Shown: positions 24,191-35,046 of the stretch, piece after piece
How positions within the stretch are numbered: the stretch's first letter is position 1
Layout: every line of letters starts with the position of its first letter
From: Leptogorgia sarmentosa
Lineage: Eukaryota
Length of the DNA: 64,000 bases
NCBI GenBank assembly: GCA_964658305.1
Contig: OZ210885.1
Location: 18,290,001 to 18,354,000 of the forward strand
Direction of reading: 5' to 3'
Position numbers and translations under genes: made by a program
The notes under the pieces: model-generated
Seen by the model: only the letters and a program-made list of their open reading frames with translations
The model's database searches: none
What the model was told of the DNA's origin: nothing

Positions 24191-26366
24191 AAATCAAACG
24201 GACGGTGGTTAAGGGTGGTGGCCAATTGGCGGGTTTCGGAGGCAAAGAGGTCGCACTGGGTCGAGAATTCTTCCCATGACAGGGGGTTGCTGAAGGTTTC
24301 GGTCCAGCGGGCACGGAAGGTGTTGAGGTTGGGATTGGTGGAATCATTGTCCAAGGACGAGTCGATTGGTGGTGGGTGTGCTTCGGGTGTGGGTGGTTCA
24401 GGAGTGGATGGTTGGATGACTGGAGCTGCAGGTGGTGAAGGTGGGGGGTTGGATTGCTGGGTGGTTGGTGGTGGGGGTGCTTCAGGGGTGGGTGGCTGGG
24501 AGGCTGGGACTGCAGGTGGTGAAGGTGGGGGGTTGGATAGCTGGGTGGTTGGTGGTGGGGTATCGGTTGTATCGGGGTCTGTGGCAAGGGTGGCACGGAG
24601 TCTCTCGAGGTTGGCCAGGCGTCGTCTAGCTTCTGTTGAGGGATGGTGGGTGGTTGCTGGTGGAGGAGAAATGTTCCTCCCGGATGGGTTTGGTTGGCGG
24701 GGGTAGTGGCGGATAGTGTGGAGGAGGTCTGTGATCTGGGAGTCACTAGGGGAGCAGATGTTCCGACGGCTGCTGGGGGGATCGGAGGCGCGATCTCGTA
24801 GGTGGGTGAGCGTTCATTGTCAGTGCAGGATGAGGGAGAGGGTTCAGCAGATGAGGTTGGTGACATTGGGGTGAAAGGACGGGTAGGTGAAGCTTGCAGA
24901 AGTTCGGTGATAAGTTCTTGGGTGGAGAGAGGTTCGGTGTCGCAAGTCAGCGGTGGGGAGTGGTTGATCAGTTCTTCAACGATGGCACAGGCCTCTGGTG
25001 TTGATGGGATGATCAGTTGGGGGGCAGCCGGGGTTTTGGGTTTGGACTTGGTGAAGTGCATCTTGGCGTAGTGAGCGGAACCGGCTCTGAAGGTATCAAA
25101 CTCCCTTTGGCAGACAGAGCACGTTGTGGGTGTTTGGACATCCAGTGACTTGTGAACTCGTTTTGCGTGGGTCTTGAAGGTGGATGAGTCTCGCTGGGTC
25201 TTGTTGCATATCGGGCAAGGTAATCCTTTGGGGAACGGTACGACACATTTCATAACTGCAGGGACCATGTTGTACGTCAATTCCCAACAAGAAACAACAG
25301 AGCAAGCGTTTAAAACCAAGATGTACGGAGCGTGCTGGCTAGCGTACAGGAAAGATTGAGAAAAGATAAAGTAAAGACCTAATTTCAAAGGTTGGTTGTG
25401 AACTTAAGAGTTAAACAGACGAAAAAATAAAACCAAGCTAGGGGTAGCACGTGACCACAACTAGACACTGCTACACTGTTTGTCTCAAAGCTCTGCAAAG
25501 GCACAGAGGAGACCTAACTTGGAAGCTATTTTGCAAGACTTTGCGAGCACCATTGTCGAGGCACGGATGTACTGTACCGGGTCGCAAAGCCTTCAAGTAT
25601 ACTTCGTGGGTCGAGGTCACACGTATAGTTGACTGCCACTCAGATATACTCGGGATAACCTACTAGCAAAATACCTTATCGGACGCCACGGCCCTGGCCG
25701 AAGCCAGGGGGAAACTGCACGAAACGCTTGGTTGTTATGGACGCCGGTCGAAAAGGTGAATAATTAATTGGCACGTGCTAGGACCAGCCAACTGCAGAAA
25801 GGCCGACCGGCTGTGTTTGGCATCAAACCTTCGGCTGAAGGGATACCTAGCACGAGGGTGTTATACCGAGGATAGGTTAGCACCGCCTGGCGGGAAAAAA
25901 CCCTCGAGTGAGGGAAAACCACCACGCTATACTAACGCGTATACCGTCCGGCGTATAACACGTGAGACTACTGCCTGTGAGAAGCTTAGACGCTCAGGCA
26001 ACTACACACGGCAAAGCAAGCGTTCTAAGAAGAACGACCATGTGCAGCTAATGCGAGAGCGCCTAGAAAGTATCGAACGACCGCAGACGAACGATACCCG
26101 CTAAACACAGACCTGAACGCTTAGACAAATACTTATTTGGCCAAACCGGCAAGGCAAAGCCAGGCAGGAAGGCAAATAAGCACTGAACTAAGCCGCGCGT
26201 GTCCTAACTAAGCAGCAAAGGCGGCCAAGGGCTACGAGTCGAGTGTCTCTAAAAGACCTCCCAACAGCGCATATGCCGATGTCCGATGGCTGGTTGTCAG
26301 ATAATAAATGATCAGACTGGAGCAACTAATTCCTCCCCGTTGCCGAGATCACTTCAAGAAAAAGTG
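24191..26366 (-). mobile_element. 5' portion of a Utopia-like RLE retrotransposon (5' UTR, two C2H2 fingers, Pro-rich linker)
   Basis: CPICNK...HAKRVH and CSVCQREF...HYAKMH, then a Pro-rich tract like 29478-30228. It begins right after U2 nt 39-59. Confidence 0.7.
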
Positions 26367-26387
26367 TATTAAGCTGATAAGAACAGA
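26367..26387 (-). ncRNA. U2: U2 snRNA fragment nt 39-59 between two Utopia-like elements
   Basis: TCTGTTCTTATCAGCTTAATA is identical to the local U2. Confidence 0.9.
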
Positions 26388-29300
26388 AATTTTTTATTGA
26401 CAATAAAGAAACCTATTTACATTGATTGGCTTATGTGGTATGAGTTACAGTTAACATTACATCTATAGTGATAATAACTTGAATTGTTCATATTTATATG
26501 ACTAATTATAGTATGTGGATTGTTCATAGTTCATATTACTGATTGTTGCTGGGAGATCAATTAAGGATCAACATTAATGATATGTTTGTTCATTTGAGGA
26601 CCATACTAATGGTTTTAAGAAAGGATGAAGCAATAAAGAGATTTTTATTGATTACATCATTGTTTGATTTAGTTCTAAAAGTTATTGTGGGACACCTGTA
26701 AGGTGTTGTACATAAATGTTACGTGATCCTCTGATTGCATCAGCACAGCAAAGTTTCCTGAAAAGAGTTCTATAGGTCCTGTTGATTTGTAGATCGTCAA
26801 GGACATCTTCGTTACCGTTGTACCAGGCACCGAGCGAGCCAATTACGAATCCGAATACTTTGGCATCCATGTTTTGTTGTTGGAAGTGATCGATTAGGTA
26901 ATGATATTTGTTCACTTTACGTTGGGCAGCCATTTCAAGGGATGAGTCGTCATTTTCGAATGGGCACGTGACGTCAATGATTGTTACTTTGTTACCATTT
27001 GTGATGACGATGTCGGGGCGGTTTATACCAGGAGCACCGGGTACTGTTTGGTCTATGGTGACTTCGCCGAGATGGATAGCGTTGGTGAGTCGATTTTGTA
27101 TGCGGTCATGTCGGGCTGTTATGGCAGTCATGTTGGGTTTGCAGTGACAGATGATATGCGGGAGGGTTTCATTTGCGCTTTGAGTGTGGCACCTTCTGCA
27201 GACAGGGCTGTTATCTGACCAACGGCTTTTGATATCATTTGTTGGTAGAGTGTTAGTCCTAGCACGGTGTACGAATCTCCAATCGCAGAAACGGATACCA
27301 GTGCCATCGAATGACCAGTTGTTGGTGCTGATTAAGCGACATGTTTGGAGGCATCTGGACACTTTCCCTTGGTCTTTAAGGGACATGAGTTGGTTGGCAT
27401 GCTTTAGCTTGACTTGATGATGGAGGAACGAAGCTACCTTTTTGGGATTTTCTGTCTTTGCATCATTGATGGAAACGGATATGTTACTGGTGGCATTGTG
27501 GATGGATACACCTAAGGCTCTACACAAGATCCTGCATCTAGACCAAAGGGTTTGGCTTGTATTTTGATGGTTAGCAAGGGGGCCTTTTTGCGAGCCTGAG
27601 AGGAAATCGTCGATGGTTTGATTTGAGGGAGAACCGTTGGATTTAACACATCGCTTGACCACGGAGGACAGCTGGTTGTGTGAGATGTTGGTGATAAGTG
27701 GGTCGGAGGTTGATAGTATTTTGACAGTGTGAACAACGGTTTGGATATGTCGTTCATCGAAGGGATCGTGAAAGCCAAGTCCTCCAACCGATTTGTCAGC
27801 GAAGAGGTAGGAATTGGATGCTCTTTGGGGTAAGTGGCAAATGGATTTGAGTATACTGATCAATTTAGTTCGGTATTGTTTTAATGATTCACGTTGTACT
27901 GGGCATGCTCGAAGGGCGTATGTGAGACCAGGTTGAATATAGGTCCTAATTGCATCTAACTTTTGCCATGGAGCCAAGAGGAAATCGTTGATTTTATTGA
28001 GGTCGGCCACGAGTTTGTCTGTGATGGATTCAATATCAGACGCGTCATATAGAAGGCCAATGGGAACACCGAGATAGCGGTATGTTTGTTCTTTTTTGAG
28101 TATGGGAATGTCACCATTTTGTACAGAGAATTGAAACTCAGAGACTTGCGATTGGTGGTGTTTAGAGCACGTAAGGCTGATGGTGGCACATTTGTCTTGT
28201 CTGAACGATAGGTTAAGGACGTTTGCAGCTAATGTTATTTCGGATAAAAGGGTGCTTAGACCAGCTTGGGTACGACTGATGATGACTAAGTCGTCAGCGT
28301 AGGCCAGTATGGATATCTGTTGTTGTTGTAGTTTGAAGGGAATGTTAGGATCTTCTTGGCATTTTGAGAGCACACATCTGATGAGTAATTCTGAAGTAAG
28401 GTTGAATAATATAGGGCTGATGGGACATCCTTGTTTCACGCCAGCGTTGATTTTGATGGGTTCGGTTTCTTCATCGCGAGAGGTACGCACAACTGTGGTG
28501 GAGTCGGTGTATATGTCTCTTATTAAGTTGGTAAATGAATTGGGGAAACCCATATGTTGTAATGTTGCGTATATAGCTTCATGATTTATACTGCCAAACG
28601 CGTTGCGTAGGTCTAACCAAGCGATGTAACAGTCTTTGGTGTTCATCTTGCAATCTGCTATTATGGACTGTAGGGTAAATGTGTGTTCGTGACAACCTTC
28701 GGCTGGTCTGGCACTTTTCTGTTGGTGGGATAGGAGATTTTGGCTTATGGCGAAGTTGGTGGCACGAGAGGCGAGAATGGCTGTGAAGAGTTTGTATATG
28801 CAGGACATTAGCGCGATTGGTCTGAAATTACTTGCATCATCACTGTTTCCTTTCTTGTATATCAAGATGGTTGTTGATTCTTTCCAGACAGATGGAATTT
28901 GTCTTTCTTTTAAACAGTTGTTGAAAATGCAGGTGAGAACTTTACACTGGGGGTCTACTTGTCGAAGGTGGCGATATTCGACACGGTCCTTACCAGGGGC
29001 TGAGTTGGACATGCATTTGAGCTTGTTTTGAATGCATTTTGCAGACATTTCTTCCATGATTGTGTGATCTTCATTGGCTTTGGGGACATGACGGTTAAGC
29101 GATTTTAGGACTTCGTCAATATTTATTGGTTTGGCCGAGAATGTGTTGGAAAAGTATTCAGTAGCTTGTTCTTGGGTACCAGTGTAGACCGTGTTGTTAT
29201 CGTTCAGGATTTGTCTCGTAGCTCTTTTCTTAGAGAGACGGTATAATGTTTGAATTCTTCTGGCTGCGATGGGGTTTGGGAGAACTTTGGGTCTGGTGGG

Positions 29301-30228
29301 ATTGACCGTTTTATGGTTAGGCCGATTAGATCTTGGTTTGGCCCTTGATGTGTTCGGATTGATGTTCTTCACCTCATCGATTACAGCTTCAGCGAACTTA
29401 CCACATTGGTATGTGAAGGCTTGGAAGAGTCGGTTGATTTTATACGACTGGACCATAAGTTGACAAACTCTGAGTGTTTATTGTTGTTGAGGCTTGGGTC
29501 TATAGGGATATCGGAGGGTAAAGGGGGGGCGGGGGTCGGGTGGGTGGTTAGGGATGTGATGGTTTGACGTAGATGGGGATGGGTTAAAACTTGATCTTGA
29601 ATGTTCTAATTCATCATCATCATCAATTTGGTCGTCATCGCAGTTAGGGTCAAGGTCAATCATGCGAACAGGGTGGGAGTCTTTGCGATGGTACGGTAAG
29701 GGTGTGGCTGATGGATTAAGAGATTGGTTGGGAGATATAGGTTGCTGGGGAGAGGGATGAGGGGTTGTATTTGGGTAATGGGGTGGGGTTACGATGGTGA
29801 AGGAGATATCGGGGTCAACATATTGGTCTGCTGGGGGGTGAGTGGTAGGACTTGTGGGAGTTTTAGGGGTGTTGGGTGAGGAGGCAGCAGCATAGGATGT
29901 GGTCGGTGTAACTTGACATGGGATATTTTGACAGATGGGTGTATGTAGAGGGGTGATTTGGATGGAATCGTCAACAGTACAACCATTTAAGGCGACCATT
30001 TGGGGATTCGTTTTGGAGTTGATGGCGCGGGGGGAAGGGTTGTGGGGTAAGGTTTGGTTTGATGGAGGATTTGATGTTGTAGCACGATTATGTTTGATCG
30101 CTTTTGTTGAAGGTATATTAACTGGTGAGAGAGGTGATTGGATCTGTGTGTTGGAGCTATTGATAGGGGAAATGTTATCTTTGAAATTGATTGAGGATGA
30201 AATTGGTGAGAACGACTTGGTAAATTAA
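26388..30228 (-). mobile_element. Utopia (NeSL/R2-group) retrotransposon, 5'-deleted, 3' end at U2 nt 39
   Basis: RT plus restriction-like endonuclease. The tail ...CAATAAAAAATT is fused to U2 TCTGTTCTT, the known Utopia site. Confidence 0.92.
26682..29456 (-). CDS. Utopia RT-RLE protein (924-aa open frame; the N-terminus upstream is frameshifted or deleted)
   Basis: SAPGKD, NFRPIAL, LDLRNAFGS, GVKQGCPISP, YADD, CRRC...HIICHC, RHD, RPDIV...IIDVTCPFE...KVNKY. Confidence 0.92.
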   Translation of the reverse strand: MVQSYKINRLFQAFTYQCGKFAEAVIDEVKNINPNTSRAKPRSNRPNHKTVNPTRPKVLPNPIAARRIQTLYRLSKKRATRQILNDNNTVYTGTQEQATEYFSNTFSAKPINIDEVLKSLNRHVPKANEDHTIMEEMSAKCIQNKLKCMSNSAPGKDRVEYRHLRQVDPQCKVLTCIFNNCLKERQIPSVWKESTTILIYKKGNSDDASNFRPIALMSCIYKLFTAILASRATNFAISQNLLSHQQKSARPAEGCHEHTFTLQSIIADCKMNTKDCYIAWLDLRNAFGSINHEAIYATLQHMGFPNSFTNLIRDIYTDSTTVVRTSRDEETEPIKINAGVKQGCPISPILFNLTSELLIRCVLSKCQEDPNIPFKLQQQQISILAYADDLVIISRTQAGLSTLLSEITLAANVLNLSFRQDKCATISLTCSKHHQSQVSEFQFSVQNGDIPILKKEQTYRYLGVPIGLLYDASDIESITDKLVADLNKINDFLLAPWQKLDAIRTYIQPGLTYALRACPVQRESLKQYRTKLISILKSICHLPQRASNSYLFADKSVGGLGFHDPFDERHIQTVVHTVKILSTSDPLITNISHNQLSSVVKRCVKSNGSPSNQTIDDFLSGSQKGPLANHQNTSQTLWSRCRILCRALGVSIHNATSNISVSINDAKTENPKKVASFLHHQVKLKHANQLMSLKDQGKVSRCLQTCRLISTNNWSFDGTGIRFCDWRFVHRARTNTLPTNDIKSRWSDNSPVCRRCHTQSANETLPHIICHCKPNMTAITARHDRIQNRLTNAIHLGEVTIDQTVPGAPGINRPDIVITNGNKVTIIDVTCPFENDDSSLEMAAQRKVNKYHYLIDHFQQQNMDAKVFGFVIGSLGAWYNGNEDVLDDLQINRTYRTLFRKLCCADAIRGSRNIYVQHLTGVPQ

Positions 30229-32240
30229 ATTGTTGCTCTAATTTTGTTACTAAAGTGTCCCAATCCGAAACAAAAGCATCGCTCACAAAACCATTTACCA
30301 AAACGCGGGAAAAAATGTTGGTGTACAGGAGTTTGACCCATGCACAAAAGGACGGACCAAAATGCATTTTTTCTAAGGTGCGTAGCATGAACCCCCAGTC
30401 GACCCGATCAAAGGCCTTCTCTTGATCTAAAGAGATAATAGCCCCTCCAGTATTGTGGCTATTACAAAAGTTAACTACATCTTGTAGCGTCCTAACATTC
30501 AGCCCGGAAAACCGGCCAGGAACACCACAAGCTTGGGATTCCGAGATAACGGAAGATAGTACTATTTTAAGCCGATTAGTAAGCACTTTGGATAAAATTT
30601 TATAATCGGTGCATAAAAGGGAAATGGGTCGCCAATTCTTCACGTCTAAACGATCATTTTTCTTAAAGAGAAGCGAGATTAATCCAGTTCTCTGAGAAAA
30701 GGAAAGAGCACCGCGTGCCAAGCAGTCGTTAAAAACAGAAACTAAGTCAGGTCCTAATATGTCCCAAAAGGATTGGTAAAATTCGTAAGGCAAACCGTCA
30801 AGACCCAGAGATTTATTACGCTTGAAGGAATTCAAGGCTCGCTGGCAGTCAGGTAAAGTGACCTCTCCTTCACAAAGCTTAGCTTCTTCAGAAGAGAGGG
30901 ATTTATCTAAACAGTTTATGAAAAAAGACTCATCCGGGGGAGATAAAAGGGATGCAGAGAAAAGTTGAACATAAAAAAGACACCAAACTCGTAAGATGGC
31001 GGAAACAGATCTAACAATAGTGCCATGTGCATCACGAATGCCAGTAAATAAACGGCGAGATGCTCTCGCTTTCTCCTGACGGAAGAAAAAGGCAGAAGAG
31101 GTTTCACCTTCCTCGGCCCACTGCTCTTTACTGCGAATGCGCGCGCCCTCCGCCGCATGTAGATGTTCCAGTTCAAGTTTTTCTTTGGTCTCTTTTATAA
31201 GGTAAGCTACGTCTTCGCCATTGGTTTCCCGCCGGTGAAGTTGTTCTAGAGTGGCTTCTAAGTTGTGTGTGGTTGACCGCCGTGACTTGGCTTTGCCACG
31301 AGAAAAATGTCGGATTTTATCCTTTAGACGAGCCTTGCCCGCATCCCACCAAACGGCCAAGGACGGAAATGTCTCTTTTTCGGACCGCCACGAAACCCAA
31401 AAAGAGTGGACCTCTGCGCACAGAGTTTCATTGCGCAACAGCGAGGTATTTAATTTCCATACCCCAGGACCTTGCTCAGGCAGAGTCGGAAAAGCCACTT
31501 GAAGAAAAACGTACGAATGATCCGAACGAGAAAAAGGGAGGATAGACACCTCGGAGACATGTTCATGCAGGGAAGAGGAGATCCAAAACATATCCAATCT
31601 GGATGCTTGGGATCCATTGGCTCGACTCCATGTGTAAGTACGTTCATTTGGGTGGTGTAAACGCCACGTGTCGACAAGATCACACCTATTAGTTAAGGAG
31701 GAAAGAGGAGCAGGCCAGTTATAAGCCCAGGGAGAATCTGGATTACACCCTAACCGGTCGACCTGTGGGTCAACGGCAACATTGAAATCCCCGCACAAAA
31801 TCGTGGGAAGGGCTGGATCGATCTTCTCATGTAAAGAGGAGAAAAATTCGATGCCAGGGTTTTTTTGATTTGGACCATATATATTAACGACCTGAAACAC
31901 AGATTCCAGGTTGATATGTTTAAAGCAGGCTACTATAAGTCGGCCAGCGGAATCTTTGGTGACTTTCTCAATTATAAAATTAGGTTTATAGAGTAATGCA
32001 ACGCCGGCACTACGTATAGAACCGGGAGAAGATTCTACTAAATAATGTTGTAAGTTATTATTTTCGCTAGACTCAGTAGCTAGCCAGGATTGAAACTCTT
32101 CAATGTCGACAATGTGTCTCTTGAAGTGCTATGATATCTGGCTTGGCACAATTAAGCCAGGAGAAAAAGGTTTTCCGATTTCGGGGATTATGCAATCCCT
32201 GAATATTTAAGGTGATGAGAGATAGTTGTTGGTTATCCAT
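30229..32240 (-). pseudogene. Tx1 ORF2 (APE and partial RT); YADD region deleted
   Basis: LITLNIQGL, NIYGPN, GDFN, SDH, LDQEKAFDRV, then a jump from SDAFVS to DWDTLVTKLEQ. Confidence 0.9.
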
Positions 32241-32376
32241 CATAAATGTGTGGGAGGTATACTATATTATGCTATTATTTTATTATATTGTTCTATTATT
32301 TTACTATTTTACTATGTTACTATAGTACTATATTATTATTTTACTATATTATTATTACTAGGTAGCAAGAAACTTG

Positions 32377-33651
32377 CTAAAAGCAACTATCCGATCCATC
32401 ATCGGAAAGGGCACCGCTTTCTGAAAAAGGGCGCTGAGAAAAAAGAGTTTCTTCAGAAGCGACATTTGCTTCTGGTCGGGAAAGATTTAAGGGGCCAGCT
32501 GTAGAAGAGGAGCTAGCACCAGCCTGGGCGAAAGGAGTTAATAGGGAGTCCGATAATTCGTTTCCAAGGTCAGAAATCGAGCCATCAACTGTTATGTCAA
32601 GGTCAGACATTCCCTCAAGAGAAGGAGTGCCGACCGTTAAAGAGGGGATGAATGGTCCCTCATCCTCCGGTAGGGGAACATCCTCAGGTAATAGACCTTT
32701 AGGATGCTCAACCTCTGGTCGGACAGTCGCAGGGGGCACTTCACATGCGTCATCACTCTCCAGGTGAGAACTCTTGCGGAGAGGAGACTGAGAACGGTCC
32801 TTACCAGCGGATTTGGATGACCGACGGCGCTTACGACGAGGTGGTGCGATAGGGGGGTGTTGATTGGGTAAGGAACCACTGGCCTCTGGTGTTGGGGACT
32901 CCCGAGCTCCAGATGGAGCAAGAGGCAAAACTGAAGTAAGGGCGCTGCCCGAACTTCCGGAGGTCGCACTAGGCTCCGAGGACACCGTGTCCAACAGGTT
33001 GGACATGGTTTCTTCGACCTGGGTATTCTCCTGGCCCTCCATGGGCCGCACCCCACTATCTGGTGGATCATTTTGACCCTGTGTTGCGTCGACAACAGCA
33101 GGCGGCCGAGAAACAGCGGGGCAAGACGACCGATTGTGACCTTCTTGGCCACATCCAAAACAAAGGCGTTTCTGGCCTTTATGGTGAACGAAGCACCAAT
33201 GGCCAGCAATTCGCATGCGGAAAGGTATCGGTTGGCGAATTTCCATTAACACATGCCTCACACCGGTGTAGATGTGTGAGTAGACCTCTGACGAGATCTT
33301 TTTAATTTCACCGAAACCACTCAACGCCTTTGTGATTTCAGCATCAGGCACGCCATATGATAAACGGGTAACATTTACCCAGGTGAACTTAGAGATTGGC
33401 CGAAACGTTACGGGGTGGCCTCGCACAAGCAAACCAGAGTGCTCGGCTGCCTCCATCTTCCGCGCACCCTTAAAGGTGACACGGAATCGGCCAGGGGCCA
33501 TCATGACGATGGCCTCGAAAACGGAGGTGTAATCTTCCACTTGGCCACGAAAGTCGTTGATTACCTCCTTTACATTGGCTCTATGAGCCTCTATTTGATC
33601 CGAGAGGATCACATCACACGTACGATTCACATGAGGGATCATCCTCACCAC
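32377..33651 (-). CDS. Tx1 ORF1 protein (424 aa, CCHC knuckle)
   Basis: Intact ORF with ALSGFGEI...TGVRHV and HKGQKRLCFGCGQEGHNRSSC. Homologous to 50876-52000. Confidence 0.88.
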   Translation of the reverse strand: MVRMIPHVNRTCDVILSDQIEAHRANVKEVINDFRGQVEDYTSVFEAIVMMAPGRFRVTFKGARKMEAAEHSGLLVRGHPVTFRPISKFTWVNVTRLSYGVPDAEITKALSGFGEIKKISSEVYSHIYTGVRHVLMEIRQPIPFRMRIAGHWCFVHHKGQKRLCFGCGQEGHNRSSCPAVSRPPAVVDATQGQNDPPDSGVRPMEGQENTQVEETMSNLLDTVSSEPSATSGSSGSALTSVLPLAPSGARESPTPEASGSLPNQHPPIAPPRRKRRRSSKSAGKDRSQSPLRKSSHLESDDACEVPPATVRPEVEHPKGLLPEDVPLPEDEGPFIPSLTVGTPSLEGMSDLDITVDGSISDLGNELSDSLLTPFAQAGASSSSTAGPLNLSRPEANVASEETLFSQRPFSESGALSDDGSDSCF

Positions 33652-34284
33652 ATGATATTACTATACTATTATTATAGTAATGAACTAAATTAAACGAGAA
33701 CCAGGTCTCGAGAACTAAATTAAGCGAGAACCAAGTCTCGAAAATACACTAAATTGAGAACCAAGTCACGAAAAAAAGGGGACGAGAACCAAGTCTCGAC
33801 TAACCAAGGTGACTTAAAACGAGAACAAAGTCTCGAAAACTAGCTAAACCGAGAACCGAGTCTCGAACACACACTTAAGTTAAACCGAGAACCGAGTCTC
33901 GAACAGAAAGGAAAGCAGAAGAGAGGAACGAATCCCTCTAAAAAAAAGGAGCCTATCCAAACGATTCCCCCGAGAGGGCCTCGCAGAAAGGCACAGCCAC
34001 GCGGTGTACCACCAAGGCCGAAGCCAAGGAGGCCTGAACCGACCGACACAAACCAAAGGAACGGACTGGACAGCACAGGGACAGACACCACAGGAAGACA
34101 ACACAGGAACGGACTGGACAGCACAGGAACAGCACAGGAAAACAGCACAGCCAACGGACAGCACAGGAACGACCAACAGGACAGGACCAACAGGACAGGA
34201 CCACGAAACTGAACAGCTCCACAGCAAGGAAATCTTCTTCAACAGGAACCAGACTTCGGCAGGAAGACCACCAACTGTCAAAAC

Positions 34285-34311
34285 ATCTTAGCCAAAAGGC
34301 CGAGAAGCGAT
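34285..34311 (-). ncRNA. U2: U2 snRNA 5' fragment nt 1-27
   Basis: ATCGCTTCTCGGCCTTTTGGCTAAGAT. Confidence 0.95.
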
Positions 34312-35010
34312 GCCTTCTTCGCCGTTCCACGCCATCTTTTAAGCGAGAAAAGCAAGGTGAAAAAATGCGTCTTCCTTCGCGCCACCATTAGCAGCCCCGG
34401 CCGCGAAATTGCAAGCGAAACGAGCTGCAAACGTTGTGGCACGCGGTGATGATGACGCGTACGATCAATCGTTTGTGCGCTGCTAATTAATTCGGCTGCA
34501 TGCGCGAAACCTCTCGCGACGCACACGTGTTCTCCACGAATTTCTGGCGATTTTTTGGCAGGCGCACGTGGCGCTTTTTCCCATTCGCTGGCTCCGCGAC
34601 CGATTCGCGAATGGCAAATGAGCGACATGCATTGAGTTGAACGAAGCGTGTCCAGTTGCGCTTCGGTTGGAGAAATGACAAGTGCATTTGAATTAAAAAT
34701 GGTTGTTTAACATAAGCCTAGTATAAAATGCATGATCGGTTGGCAACGCGTGTATCGATTGACTCATTCATTCATTCCGTTTGACGTGCCTATAACAAGG
34801 TGTGAGTAATCCAATATTGATTCCATGGTTGTGTATTAGTTTCGAATGACCGCGATTTAGTATCGAGTTACACGTGTTCGTGAAACACGCGGCCTGCAGT
34901 GTGAAGAGCACATAGAATTGTTGTCCCTTCAATAAACTAGGATGCCGACGCGACGACATTTGTAATATCAGTTTTGAGTATTGGAAATGAGAATAATAAG
35001 ATAAGGATGA

Positions 35011-35046
35011 AGGGGACAAGCGCGAACGCAGGTCCCCACTACCAGA
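35011..35046 (-). ncRNA. U1: U1 snRNA 3' fragment (end of Sm site and stem-loop IV)
   Basis: TCTGGTAGTGGGGACCTGCGTTCGCGCTTGTCCCCT. The downstream flank matches that of the full U1. Confidence 0.9.

Larger units (their letters stand above)
30229..34284 (-). mobile_element. Tx1-clade element with an intact 5' end after U2 nt 27; 3' half deleted
   Basis: 5' UTR at 33652-34284, ORF1, an AT-rich spacer, and an ORF2 closely similar to that at 18778-21839. Confidence 0.92.

Noticed and set aside
25400..26366. Self-cleaving ribozyme in the Utopia or Tx1 5' UTRs or in the spacer
   Set aside because: I could not assemble a complete HDV, hammerhead or twister core by eye. This needs a covariance-model search.
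29987..31900. 637-aa ORF as a single protein
   Set aside because: It is a chimera of a deleted Tx1 ORF2 reading into Utopia sequence.
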